Assembly (NCBI GenBank): GCA_964016885.1
Contig: OZ024749.1
Coordinates: forward strand, 56,234,001 to 56,298,000
From: Eledone cirrhosa
Lineage: Eukaryota
Length of the DNA stretch: 64,000 nucleotides
Reading direction: 5' to 3'
Shown piece by piece: positions 1-13,230 of the stretch. Numbering within the stretch: the first letter of the stretch is position 1; each line of letters starts with the position of its first letter. The notes below the pieces were generated by a model that did no database searches, was not told where the DNA came from, and saw only the letters and a list, made by a program, of their open reading frames with translations. The position numbers were made by a program, and so were the translations under genes.

Positions 1-105
1 TACACACGTATGTACTTTCACATACATGTGTGTGTATATGAAAGTGCATATGTTTGTGTATGTGTATATATGTATATGCACACACACACATGCACTTTCA
101 CATAC

Positions 106-136
<31 letters not shown>

Positions 137-568
137 GATATAGATATATATACATATATATATATATAGTTTTCACATTCACCTCCACCACTTGTTTTCT
201 TTGACCTTCTCTATCATCTCCTACTACTACCACTGTTCCCCTCATTACACAAGTCACTCTCTCCCCCCTCTCTCTCTCTCCTCTTTCTATCACTCTTTCC
301 CCCAAATCTTGTTTCACTTTTGACCCCCACCACCACCATCCCCTCCCTCCTACCACCTCTGTCCCTTCTCTCTCTCTCTCTACAGCCGTCTCTATATTCA
401 CTACCTCCCACCAACACTCCTCTACTCCTCACTGATTGGATGAACGACGGAAATATTCCCACCTTTACCTTCACCTACGACCCCTCCTCCCACCACCACA
501 CCGTTCTGCTTTACCTCTAACTCTTCCTCTTTGCTGCACTTTCTTCCTGTTTCTCCTTTCTCTTTCTG

Positions 569-611
<43 letters not shown>

Positions 612-652
612 TATATATATACATACACATATATACATATATATATATACAT

Positions 653-688
<36 letters not shown>

Positions 689-716
689 ACACACATATAT
701 ATATACATTCACACAC

Positions 717-749
<33 letters not shown>

Positions 750-785
750 TATATCCATACAAATATATACATATATATATATATA

Positions 786-817
<32 letters not shown>

Positions 818-973
818 CATACATATATACATATATATATACATACATATATATATACATATATATATACATGTATATATAAATATGTATATATGTATAT
901 ATCTGTATATATGTAAGTATATATATGTGTATATATACATATATATACACATATATGTATACATGTATAAATA

Positions 974-1014
<41 letters not shown>

Positions 1015-1303
1015 GTGTGTATATCATATATATATATACATATAATATAAATATATATATATATATATACACCACTCAATAATACCCCTCTGTATGCCTT
1101 CTACCTTACTTATTGCGTCCCCTCTTCTCTCAGTCTCTCTCTCACCCTATCTCTCTCAGTCTCTCTCCCTCTCTCACTATTCTTACCATCTCTATAACCC
1201 CCCCTCACCTTTCCAATAATATCCTAGTCCCTTACCCCCCCCCCCCCCCGACTCTGCCTCCAGACTTATCTCCTCCCCCACTTCTGTCTGGTTTCCCACC
1301 TTC

Positions 1304-1578
1304 TCCCTTAACACAAAATTTCTTTACTCTCACCACCACTCCTTTTACCAAATTACTCTTTCTCTCTCACACACTCACTATTTCCATTCTCTCTCTCAAA
1401 CCCCACATCTCTCCTCTCTCTCTCTCTCTCTCCACACGCTCTCTCTCCACACGCTCTCTCTCCACACGCTCTCTCTCCACACGCTCTCCCTCATCTCCTC
1501 AGTAATCTCTCCTCTCTCCACACTCTCCTTCTCTCCTATACCTCCTCATCTTAATGAGGAGGTGAGGGAGAGAGTGTG

Positions 1579-1609
<31 letters not shown>

Positions 1610-1739
1610 TGTGGGGTTTGAGAGAGAGAATGGAAATAGTGAGAGTGTGTGAGAGAGAAAGAGTAATTTGGTAAGAGGAGTGGTGGTGAGAGTAAAGAAA
1701 TGTTGTGTTAGGGGACCTCTCTCCTAAACCTCCTCATCT
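1304..1739. repeat. Local inverted duplication (1304-1501 copied in reverse at 1554-1715)
   Basis: ccttaacacaaaatttctttactctcaccaccactcc...aaaccccacatctctcc is reverse-complemented at 1590-1715. ctctcctaWacctcctcatct is repeated directly at 1531-1551 and 1719-1739. Confidence 0.9.
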
Positions 1740-1974
1740 CTCTCTCCAGTCTCTCACTCCCTACGCCTCTCTTTCTCTCTCTCTCATATTACATCTATGC
1801 ATCTCAAGCCACCACCACAGTCACCACTACTACTACTACCACCACATCCTCCTACTACTACTCCCACCCCCACTTCTGTGAAACTGAAATATTCTAGGAA
1901 CTGTGGTAAGAAGCAACAGTGGTTGTGGTCTCTTTGGAAACAGTAGTGGTAGTGGCAGATGATGTAACACTGAA

Positions 1975-2042
1975 GGGGCGGGGCCTTTCTACAGAGGGAG
2001 GGAGGGGGAGACATCCACGTCACTCGTTGCTCTAATAGCAAC
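1975..2042. promoter_or_regulatory. Possible cis-element cluster (GC box, CRE/UPRE-like site, X-box-like inverted repeat)
   Basis: GGGGCGGGGC at 1975-1984, CCACGTCA at 2015-2022 and GTTGCT-N5-AGCAAC at 2026-2042 lie in a short non-repetitive island. These are motif matches only. Confidence 0.2.
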
Positions 2043-2812
2043 CATCACCACCACCATCCCTACATCACCACCACCATTACCACCACCATCACCACCGCCA
2101 TCACCATCACCACCACCATCCCTACATCACCATCTCTACATCACCACCATCACCACCTCTACATCACCAACCCCACCGCCAACGCACTACCGCCATTACC
2201 ACTACATCTACATCACCACCTCCATTACCACCGCCACCACCACCACCACCATCTCTATATCACCACCGCCACCTCTACATCACCACCACTACTAATATCA
2301 CAACTAGCAACCACTATTAGTATCATCATCATCATCGCCTCTGCTACAAATATTAGCACCACCACCACACCACGGCCACCACCACCATCACCATGGCCAC
2401 CTCTACGACCACCACCACCACAACCACACCACGGCCACCTCTACGACGACCACCACCACACCACCACCACACCACGGCCACCTCTACAACCACCACCACA
2501 CCACCGCAACTACCACCGCCTTCACTATAAATACTGCCACCAACACGACCACTACCACCACTACCGCCTTCCTTATAAGTGCTACCACGACCACCATCAC
2601 CACTACTACTACTGCCACACTCCAACACCAGACCATGACCACATCCGCGACCACCACCACGACCAACACGACCACTACCATCGCACTACCACCACCACCG
2701 CTACCGTCATCACTATAAATGCCACCACCAAACCACACCACGACCATCATGACCACTACCACCACCACCAACACCACAGCACAACCACCTCCACTACCAC
2801 CAACACTATCAC
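2041..2812. repeat. Degenerate (ACC/ACT/ATC)n trinucleotide low-complexity tract
   Basis: Continuous cac/cat/tac triplets. Confidence 0.9.
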
Positions 2813-2947
2813 CCCTCTATTGCTATAACGACCTTCACCTCTTCCATACAATCTAACCACCACCGTAGAATCACCGCCGTATCACAAAGCTTCCATCTTC
2901 TTCTCAGGCAAGCTATAAATATTTGTATAAATCGTCTCATGCAACAC

Positions 2948-3046
2948 GTCCGACACTAGCTATAGTGAGACGGAGATGTCCGACACTAGCTATAGTGAGA
3001 CGGAGATGTCCGACACTAGCTATAGTGAGACGGAGATGTCCGACAC
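2948..3046. repeat. 30-bp tandem repeat, about 3.3 copies
   Basis: The unit gtccgacactagctatagtgagacggagat is repeated perfectly. Confidence 0.95.
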
Positions 3047-3159
3047 ACTGGTGACGTCATCAGACACTGCGGTCCATCTGTTGATCACAGAAATAGCAAC
3101 ATACATACATGAAAACTTGCATGCATGTTTGTATGTTGGACAGACTTACTCATATATGC

Positions 3160-3201
<42 letters not shown>

Positions 3202-3248
3202 GTACATTTACATGCACGCATATAAACATGCATTCATAGATATCTAAA

Positions 3249-3292
<44 letters not shown>

Positions 3293-3310
3293 GATTAATC
3301 ATAATATTTG

Positions 3311-3491
3311 ATTTAGGCACAAGGCCACCAATTTTTGGGGAGGGGAAAGTCGATTAAATCGATCCCAGTGCATTACTGGTACTATTTTTGATCAACTTCG
3401 TAAGGAAGACAGGCGGGATTTGAACTCAGAACGTAAAGGGGTGGAACTATGCCATAAAGCATGGTGTCAGACGCTCTACCGATTCTGCCAA
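3311..3491 (-). mobile_element. tRNA-derived SINE (family S1, Meta-domain-like), long-3' subtype
   Basis: The reverse complement shows an A box TGGCAGAATCGGTAGAG, a B box GAGTTCAAATCCC and the tail ggccttgtgcc shared with more than 20 copies in the window. Confidence 0.9.
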
Positions 3492-3756
3492 TAGTAGTAA
3501 TTTATTTCTAAATGTTGGAAAAAGGTTGATATTTTTTCGTGCGGCCGTAGGGGGCCGGTCAAATCAATATTTTATTGGAAATTACATTATCGATACTGAA
3601 TTGATAAATTAGTTTATCCCAAGGGATTTGAGATCAAGACGTAAAAACAACAGTAAAATATTACCACCATATTACCACGGATTCTCGTAATCTTCAGCTA
3701 GATGAAGTCTAATATTAACACACTGGACATGAATGTCCATTGATATTATCACTTAT

Positions 3757-4020
3757 AATAATAATTTCATTTATTGGCCATAAGGGCCGACATATAGGGG
3801 ACAATACAAAATACAGGGACAGTCGGGGTTTACATGTACAACGTGTAAACAATATAGATAACAATAACAAAAAAATAACAAGGAAAATACAAGGAAAATT
3901 CCCCAATCGGGGGATGACCACTCAGGTTTCACTCAGGTAGCCCACCAATCCTGAACGACCCGATGCTTCGAGAGCACCCGGGAAGGGCACCCCTCTCCTC
4001 CTCAAATCCACCCACCTACA
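3757..4020 (-). mobile_element. Dispersed repeat, likely a LINE 3' UTR fragment (second copy at 34052-34230)
   Basis: tttattggccaYaagggccgacatataggggacaatacaaaa...ttcactcaggta is shared with 34052-34230. The minus strand ends in AATAAA followed by a simple-repeat tail. Confidence 0.7.
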
Positions 4021-4164
4021 TCATTGAGGCAAGGGGGGAGTCGATTAAATTGACCACACTACTTGTCTAGTGCTTTATTTCCTTGACCCTGGAAGGATGA
4101 AAGCCAAATTTGATATTAATTGAGAACGTAAAGAGTCGGGACAAATACTGCAAAGCATTTCTCC

Positions 4165-4390
4165 GGCGTATAGTCTAATGGTTAGGATGTTTGACCTAAG
4201 ATCGTAATGTCGTCGGTTCGATTCCTGATCAGGCTGCTGTGCTGTGACCTTGAGCAAGATATTTTATTTCATGATGCTCCAGTACATTCAGGTGAGATGA
4301 GTGAGTACCAGCGGTAGATGAGGAGTTAATTCTACGATAGACTGGCGTCTAACTCAGGGAGAGTCTTGTACTCTCAGCCGCGTAACGCGA
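4165..4390 (+). mobile_element. tRNA-derived CORE-type SINE (family S2), diverged
   Basis: A box-like tagtctaatggttag, B box ggttcgattcc and CORE-like tgtgaccttgagcaagatatttt. Homologous to 51026-51140 and 59500-59638. Confidence 0.75.
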
Positions 4391-4855
4391 TAAAAGATTT
4401 GAGCTTTAATTTCTCCGGCGTTATAAAAACTCTGCCAATCTAAACCCCCCCCCCCCCCCCGTCCTTACTCACCAACCAAACTAATAATAGTATTATTTAC
4501 CAGTGTGGCCCGGGGAACGAGGAGGACTCCATGTAATGTAAATATTTTTATTTCTATTTTGATGGATTAATTTGTAGATATTCATGACATTCTTTCAGTA
4601 ACTTAAAATATTTTCTCCAAATCCTCTCCGGGAAATTATAGGCGTGTATTGTTCAGAACTCATTGACTCAACGCAGGTCATATTTACCATTCTCGTCAAC
4701 GTTGCGACTAATAATATACTAGAGGGCTAACAATACCTTCTTCACCTTCAACTAAATAGGGGATATAGGATGTTGGATAAGGTTAAAGCAAATATGTTAC
4801 AATATAATTTGCCAAAATAAAACAAAAGTAAAAGAGCATAAAGAAATGTGTCTTA

Positions 4856-5064
4856 CAAAACACATGCAAAACAAAACAAAACACGTGCAAAAAACAAAAC
4901 AAAACACATGCAAAACAAAACAAAACACATGCAAAACAAAACAAAACACATGCAAAACAAAACACGTGCAAAAAACAAAACAAAACACATGCAAAACAAA
5001 ACAAAACACATGCAAAACAAAACAGAACACATGCAAAACAAAACAAAACACATGCAAAACAAAA
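4856..5064. repeat. 21-bp minisatellite (aaaacacatgcaaaacaaaac)n
   Basis: About 10 near-identical units. Confidence 0.95.
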
Positions 5065-5968
5065 AAGAAGCAAAAAAAAGCACACAAAAAAGTAAACAAA
5101 ACAAATATAGAAAACAGAAATACAAATATAAAGAATTAACAGCATAAAAAACATTGTTGGTGATGTAATAAATAAATAAAGAGGTGTGTGTATGTGTATG
5201 TGTGTGAGTATATATATATATGTGTGAGTGAGTGTGAGTGTGTATCTATGAGTGTGTGTCTGTCTGTGAGTGTCTGTCAGTGTGTGTCTGTCAGTGTGTG
5301 AGTGTGTGTGAGTGTATGTGTGTGTGTTTGTGTGTGTCCGTGAGGGTGTGTGTGTGTGTCAATGTGTCTGTGTGTGTGTATATATGTGTGTATGTGTCTG
5401 AGTGTGTGTGTGAGTCTCTGTATGTATGTATGTATGTATGTGTCAGTGTGTCTCTGTATGTGAGTGCGTGTGTGAGTCTCTGTATGTGTATGTGTGTGAG
5501 TGTGTGTGTGTGTGTGTGAGTCTGTATGTATGTGTGTCTGTGTGTGTAAGTGTATATATGTGTAGGTGTGTGAGTTTCTGACTCTGTCTGTAAGTGTATA
5601 TATGTGTATGTGTGTGAGTCTCTGTCTGTGTGGTGTAAGTGTGTGTGTGTGTGGGTGTGTGAAAGAAAGCAATCAATATAAGCAATACAGTTGTAGGTAT
5701 GTATTATATGTCACTGCAGCAAATATTACATTCTAGCGTCTCTCTCTCTCTCTAGAGACTAACTACTAATTCTTTACCTCTTAAACTAGAGACCAACTGC
5801 TGCCTTTCTTACACTAACTATCTCCTACTATATTACTGCTTTTAAACTCTTTTGGTTCTTTTATCTTCTGGCTTTTGTAGTGTTTTTTCTAAAAATTGTG
5901 TATATTTTGTATATTTTGTGTAGTGTGTACTAAACATACATAACTACATATATAATATAAGATTATAT

Positions 5969-6026
5969 ATATCCCGTTAAGGGTGAAAGCAGCGATTCTT
6001 TGCTTAAACTTTAATCTGTTATTTTA

Positions 6027-6034
<8 letters not shown>
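5969..6034 (+). mobile_element. Short dispersed repeat in (TA)n (longer copy at 42680-42830), possible PLE pLTR fragment
   Basis: atatcccgttaagggtgaaagcagcgattc...tgttattttaataaatat is nearly identical at both sites. Confidence 0.6.
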
Positions 6035-6065
<31 letters not shown>

Positions 6066-6265
6066 CATACACATATATATATGCATACATACACACACAT
6101 ATATATATATACATAGATAAATTCATAATACATATATATAAATATATATATATATATATATGCATGCATATATACATACATATATAAATATATACATACA
6201 TATATAAATATATGCATACATATAAATATATACATATAGACATATATACATACATATAAATAAAT

Positions 6266-6303
<38 letters not shown>

Positions 6304-6581
6304 AATATATAAATATATATACATAAATATATAAATACACATATATACATAAGAATATATACATATATAGAGAGAGGGTGAGAGAGAAAGATACATAGAT
6401 GAATAATAGATATGTATAAATACATACATAGAAACGTACATACATACGCACATACATACATACATACATACATACATACATACATACATACATACGATTG
6501 GGCGTTAGTGGTGGGTGTAAACAGGTTGGTAACATGTTGCTATGTGACATAATACCGTTTACAATGTAATAATTGTATATG

Positions 6582-6661
<80 letters not shown>

Positions 6662-6786
6662 TATGCTATTTGTTATAGATATGGTACATTACAAACATTA
6701 TTTATTCAAATACCAATATGGTAGGAGTAAGAAAAATTAAAAGAGGGTGGGGAAATGATAGTTACATGAATGTATGTATATATATA

Positions 6787-6820
<34 letters not shown>

Positions 6821-6953
6821 CTCAGGCATATATATGTGTGCGTGTGTGTTTGTATTTATATATGTGTATACTTACAAATATATACACACACGTATATATA
6901 CACATGTATACATACTCATATCTCTATATCTCTCTCTCTATATATATATATAT

Positions 6954-7043
6954 AACAAAGGAATTGTGGTAAGGAACCAGATGGACCATAACGCACCAGA
7001 GTACTCAAACGGCTTGAGCTCTGCCGTTGGGGTCATACTTTTT

Positions 7044-7047
<4 letters not shown>
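6954..7047 (-). mobile_element. Foldback-tail family B, internally deleted copy
   Basis: The reverse-complemented tail of 45830-45887 is joined directly to the arm aacggcttgagctctgccgttggggtc. (TA)n lies on both sides. Confidence 0.85.
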
Positions 7048-7073
<26 letters not shown>

Positions 7074-7082
<9 letters not shown>

Positions 7083-7264
7083 TGAGATTCTACAGGACTA
7101 GAACTGTTTCATTCTTTAGAAATCATCAGCAATTTCTGATGATTTCTAAAGAATGAAACAGTTCTAGTCCTGTAGAATCTCATCTATATTAAAACTTTTA
7201 TACTCTGCAATGTATTGAGTACCTTACTTACTGTGGTTACCTCCGACTCAACCCCGGAATAACG
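7074..7264 (+). mobile_element. Foldback-tail family A element with hammerhead-like core (PLE pLTR remnant)
   Basis: Perfect 56-bp arms at 7074-7129 and 7136-7191. CTGATGA-tttctaaagaat-GAAAC-agttcta-GTC at 7136-7169. The tail is shared with 14690, 32236 and 57161. Flanked by (TA)n. Confidence 0.8.
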
Positions 7265-7303
<39 letters not shown>

Positions 7304-7824
7304 CTACACATATATATATACATACATATATAACAATGAGTTCTGAAATTCACCTCATTTCAGTGGTAACACAAAACCATATGGTGATCATTCTATCATT
7401 GACATGTTATTTTCATATATTTATTTATTTGACAGGTTGTGAACAGACATTCCAGGTGTTCCTGATTAGATTTGTTCAGGTATTTGATAAGTCTGGATTA
7501 AATTTCTACTACCCACACCCACTGCGCTTTGTTATGTATATTAGTAATGTTTTCATATATAAGTGCTGGGAGAGAAATCTGAGGAAATCTGATTGAAGGA
7601 ATTTGATGGTCAACACTCTAGAATTATATAAGGCAACATTGTCCACGGTATTATTGGAAAACAGTATCGTATATACTCGAATATAAGACGACCCCTTTAT
7701 ATTACTGTCGATTTTTATGTCACATATTCCTAGGATTATATTCAAGCTGGTAGAGTGTTACATAACTTTGTCAACATCCAAACTTATATAAGGTAAAATT
7801 GTCCAAAATGTTATTGGGGGAAAA

Positions 7825-7901
7825 TATCGTATATACTCGAATATAAGACGTCGCCGTTATTTTACCGTCGAAAGTCGGATTATATTCGAATAAATTCGGT
7901 A
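7825..7901. mobile_element. Tc1/mariner (pogo/Tigger-like) MITE; second degenerate copy at about 7665-7750
   Basis: Imperfect TIRs tatcgtatatactcgaatataagacg and cggattatattcgaataaattcggta, with TA at both ends. Confidence 0.65.
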
Positions 7902-8125
7902 GATAAGGCGACCGTTCTAAAACCCACACATCATACTGGCTGACGTATTCTTAAGGTTTGGGTTTTTCTTTTTTTTTAGCAATTGCAATCTTCCTGCGTC
8001 TAATCTGTTCGACATGAGGTTACTACACATAGATCGCAGTTTCGCCATGATGGGATCCAAGCAAGAACCATATATTTACGAAATAAATTTCATGGATATA
8101 CTGTTATACCTACGCCTACACACAC

Positions 8126-8163
<38 letters not shown>

Positions 8164-8278
8164 TGTATGTCGTATTGACAGTTAATAAAGCCTTTCCTTA
8201 TCAGAATACAACAATGTATTAAATCTATTGACCTTATGTATGTATGTATGTATGTATGTATGTATGTATGTATGTATG

Positions 8279-8309
<31 letters not shown>

Positions 8310-8923
8310 CTAACATATCATACAATATATGTAGGTATTTATAAAAGTGTAAATATGTATACATGGCTGGTTATATATAAAATTATTTACATGTGTGTTG
8401 CTAGTTTCTATTTCTACATATAGCTATTGAGTATAATTTACATTGCATATAAATTCATATGTACACACACATTATATATACATATATATATGATATTTAT
8501 GTACCTGTTGGTGTGCGTATGTATGCCATATGCCTGTGATTCTGCCCTCCACATATATATCAGAAAAGGAAAACATATACATTATTTTCACCAAGTCACC
8601 GGACACGTAATGGTAAAAATCAATGTTTATGTATGAAGTTACATCTTCATATATTTATTGTTCGTATTTCCATATTCATATAGAAACATCTGGCTGTTTA
8701 GTCTTGAAATAAGATGAATAAAGGAACAAACGCACAGGTTTGTAGATACAAACAGAATAGTTATGTGCATATTAAACAGGACATCTAATGAGGTGATAAT
8801 GGTTAAAGAGAGACTAATAGAGAAAGAAAAGTGACGATGAGAAGAAATAAAATAGCGTATTAATATATCAGACTGTGAACTGTCTATGTTTATACACAAA
8901 TATGCACATAAACACACGTATAT

Positions 8924-8954
<31 letters not shown>

Positions 8955-9053
8955 GTACAGTAGTTTCATAGTCTTTGCTAATATAGGTACCTACTACGAA
9001 ATATATAAATACTTAATCATTGCACCGCGAAGGGTCAGTTATTTTTAACGAAT

Positions 9054-9139
<86 letters not shown>

Positions 9140-9147
9140 TATATATA

Positions 9148-9203
<56 letters not shown>

Positions 9204-9287
9204 AGTTTGAAGAATAATCAGACAAAATTTATCCAATTCTTTTTCTTCTTAGTCCATATACAGACAGTATACACACACACACACCTA

Positions 9288-9543
<256 letters not shown>

Positions 9544-9750
9544 ATATATACCTATGTTACTAGTGTATGTTAATATATATTTTTATGGAGAATATATACA
9601 TAACAAATTCATAATCCTTCAAACTATCAATAATTATATACTCATTGTAATAAATACATAGTGAAAATAATTGCCTTGTTTACATAAACCAACTTATACT
9701 TTCGAAAATATTTGTGTCCCTATAAGGACAGACAAGTCCTGAGGTGTGTG

Positions 9751-9851
<101 letters not shown>

Positions 9852-9976
9852 AATTAGTATATCTACCAACATATATATACAGATGCATACCTATGCTAGC
9901 AAATATATAGGTTTTGTCTTAGTAACTTTGTGGTACAATGCAAGGGGATGCAGAACAATTATATGAAAGACGTAAA

Positions 9977-10053
9977 ATAAGAAAATTATAAAAATTAACT
10001 TACTTACTAAAATTTTAGTAAATTTTAGTAAGTAAGTTAATTTTTATAATTTT

Positions 10054-10058
<5 letters not shown>
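9977..10058. repeat. AT-rich palindrome with 38-bp arms
   Basis: ataagaaaattataaaaattaacttacttactaaaatt pairs with aattttagtaagtaagttaatttttataattttcttat, next to (TA)n. Confidence 0.9.
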
Positions 10059-10084
<26 letters not shown>

Positions 10085-10090
<6 letters not shown>

Positions 10091-10318
10091 GATATTAATA
10101 AATGGAAACTATATTTATATTTATATTTATAAAACCATATTTATTTCATTATACATATTTCAGGGATACCATATTAAATTATGGTATGCCTTCATCAGGT
10201 ATCCCTGAAATATGTATAATGAAATAAATATGGTTTTATAAATATAAATATAAATATAGTTTCCATTTATTAATATCGTATATCTACTCCAAAAACTTGT
10301 CGAGTGCTTTATATCAGT
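10085..10318. mobile_element. Foldback-tail element (family D) with 86-bp perfect arms
   Basis: Arms at 10085-10170 and 10198-10283. Tail tctactccaaaaacttgtcgagtgc. (TA)n on the left. Confidence 0.85.
10150..10198 (-). ncRNA. Minimal hammerhead ribozyme motif (helix I truncated)
   Basis: The minus strand reads CTGATGA-AGGCATACCATA-atttaa-TATGGTATCCCT-GAAA-TATGTA. Helix II has 11 of 12 pairs. Confidence 0.7.
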
Positions 10319-10366
10319 TATAAAAATATTTACTTGTTGTATCCCAACAACTTTAAATAGAACTTT

Positions 10367-10427
<61 letters not shown>

Positions 10428-10602
10428 CATATATAATATATATTTATATATATATATATACATGTGTAGGAGGTGAGTTTTATTGTAGTACAATAAAGCA
10501 ATGCAGAAATCGGATAAGTACCACTCTACAGCTTGCATGATGATATTTGTTTTTGAAATGCGCATAATAAAATACATGGAACTCTTTTAACCATCTTTTG
10601 AT

Positions 10603-10643
<41 letters not shown>

Positions 10644-10989
10644 GTGTGTATATATATATATATATACACATGTATATATATATGTTAATATTATAGTCAT
10701 GTAAATAAGCTTATTTATTTTTTATATATTCTTATTTATATATTTTACAAATAATATATATCTAACTATATATGTATACATGTGTGTATATAGTTAGATA
10801 TATATTATTATATGTATACATGTGTGTATATATATGTATATTTGTGTGTGTGTGTACATAATGAATATATGTATATATACATATATTCAATATATGTATT
10901 TATGTATATATTTAATATATATGTGTATAGATGTATTAAATAATTTCACATACCCACACACATATGCATAATTATATGTATGTTTATAG

Positions 10990-11021
<32 letters not shown>

Positions 11022-11897
11022 ATGTATATATATATATAATCTTACATATATCATTATATACCATTCCGTTATACTATAGCCATAGCCCAGACAGTCACAC
11101 ACCCATATATACCACAACTTTATATAAACAATCTCTGTCTTGATATCACACATATCACTATGTGTGATATCCATGTGTGATATCTTAAATATTCATATAA
11201 ACTCCCCGGAATATTATGTAACTAAATCCTCTCCCCAACTAACAAGGCGGCTACGATGTGGTTACTTAACATGTTAAAACAAACAACCAAACTTCCTACA
11301 ATCAAATATTCAGATACAAATCTCCCCGAACATTATATAATTATATCCTCCTAGTTTTCCAACCACGACGTGCCTGTATCCATATGCTAAAAGAAACAAC
11401 TAAATTTCACTCAAACTACATTATACCATCATAGAAAATGACATATTCGAGAGCGAGACGTTTGGATCATTACACATGAGATTTTGGAGGGGATTGTCAT
11501 GGCTAGAACGCTTTTTACACACAGTTTAACTAGATCATGACTGACCTCATCTAAAATATAGGATAATCCTTTATTATTTATATAGAAAATATCAACATTT
11601 TAATCACATTCCTATACCATATGGTCGTAATTCTACGGTCCATCGTTCAACATGCTAGAAATAGCAGCGAAATACGTATCAGGTCTGCGACGTATTACAA
11701 AATGGAAGAACAAGTTCATTAATTTAGATAAATGTGCTCTTAGCGGGGTCAATCCTGGAAGGAATCCTATTCAACACGGGGGAGATTATGGAGGGTGGGT
11801 GAGGCTTGAAACAACAAAATCAAGTTATATCATAACACAATATATATACTGCAATAGTGTTATATTCACAGACATATACATACACATAGACACACAA

Positions 11898-11940
<43 letters not shown>

Positions 11941-11974
11941 AAAGGTAAACAGAAATAACAACACAATCAGTACA

Positions 11975-12040
<66 letters not shown>

Positions 12041-12056
12041 CGTTTCTGAATTTGTT

Positions 12057-12083
12057 TAGCAACATGACCCTCCCAAAGTATAA
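12057..12083 (+). mobile_element. Short TA-adjacent dispersed repeat (family C); other copies at 20463-20484 and 30028-30057 (-)
   Basis: gtttagcaacatgaccctcccaaagta occurs here and at 30028, and a shorter variant at 20463. Each copy ends at or close to a TA-rich tract. Confidence 0.7.
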
Positions 12084-12085
12084 CA

Positions 12086-12116
<31 letters not shown>

Positions 12117-12739
12117 AAGATATATATTATATACATATATATATATTCATTCATAAGTATATTCATATGTACGTATATATATGTGTGTATACACACGTAA
12201 ATGTACACACATTTACACCCCCCCCCCCCACACGCACACATATATAAACATATATATTTGTATATATATATATATGTATATAGAGATTCATATATATATA
12301 TACATACATATTTATATACATATATATTTATATAGAGATACATATAAATACATATATATTTATATAAATATATATTTATATAGAGATACATATATATATA
12401 TACAAACATATTTATATAGAGATACATATATATATACAAACATATTTATATAGAGATACATATATATATATACAAACATATTTATATAGAGATACATATA
12501 TATATATATATACATAGATATTTATATACATATATATTTATATATAGATACTTATATAGACATATATATTTATATAGATATATATATACATACATATTTA
12601 TATACATATATATTTATATAGAGATACATATATATATATATATACATATATTTATATATACATATATATATATAAAAAGAAAATGTTCGCTCTACATGGC
12701 TCAATACAATAAATGTAATCTGAGTTTTTTCAAATATTG

Positions 12740-12856
12740 ATAATTGTTTCTACTTTTAGGCACAAGGCCAGCAATAACCCAGTACATTACTGGTACTTTA
12801 TTTTATCGACCCCTTAAGGATGAAAGGCAAAGTCAACCTCGGCGGGATTTGAACTA
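12740..12856 (-). mobile_element. SINE S1, 5'-truncated
   Basis: ggcacaaggccagcaat...ttatcgaccccttaaggatgaaaggcaaagtcaacctcggcgggatttgaact. Confidence 0.9.
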
Positions 12857-13191
12857 ATAACAACATTCGATTCGTTTGCAATTATGCAAACAAGCCTCAA
12901 TTTTATAGCCATGTCAGTAGAATGAGCCCCTCATTCTTGTTCTTGTGTTGGCATGTGAACAGAAATGCAAACGAATCGAATGTTATTATTAATATTCGAA
13001 AAGAACACAGATTACATATATATACATATATTTATATATATATATGTATATAAACAAGATTCAATGAGTACATCAAAGAATAAGTTTTACAGTAGATTGG
13101 AAGCATTCTACTGAAAATATTTTCCAGAGTTATTAATATTAAAATACAAATATTAATAAAATGGAAGTTCTTTTGATCAATTACATTTTAT

Positions 13192-13230
13192 TATACATAT
13201 TTCAGAGGTACAACAGTACGTCCTCATCAG
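13192..13230 (-). ncRNA. Minimal hammerhead ribozyme motif, family D homolog
   Basis: The minus strand reads CTGATGA-GGACGTAC-tgtt-GTACCTCT-GAAA-TATGTA. The flanks match 10091-10161. Confidence 0.7.

Noticed and set aside
7240-7264. Helitron 3' end interpretation of family A tails
   Set aside because: A small GC hairpin is present but there is no CTRR terminus, and the variable 5' foldback fits retrotransposition better.
7436-7479. 44-nt candidate exon (ttgacAG...cag|GTattt)
   Set aside because: The donor is weak, there is no recognisable peptide, and such matches are expected by chance.
10750-11185. Small hairpins at 10750-10809 and 11141-11171
   Set aside because: They are short and low-complexity, with no tail or second copy to link them to the foldback families.
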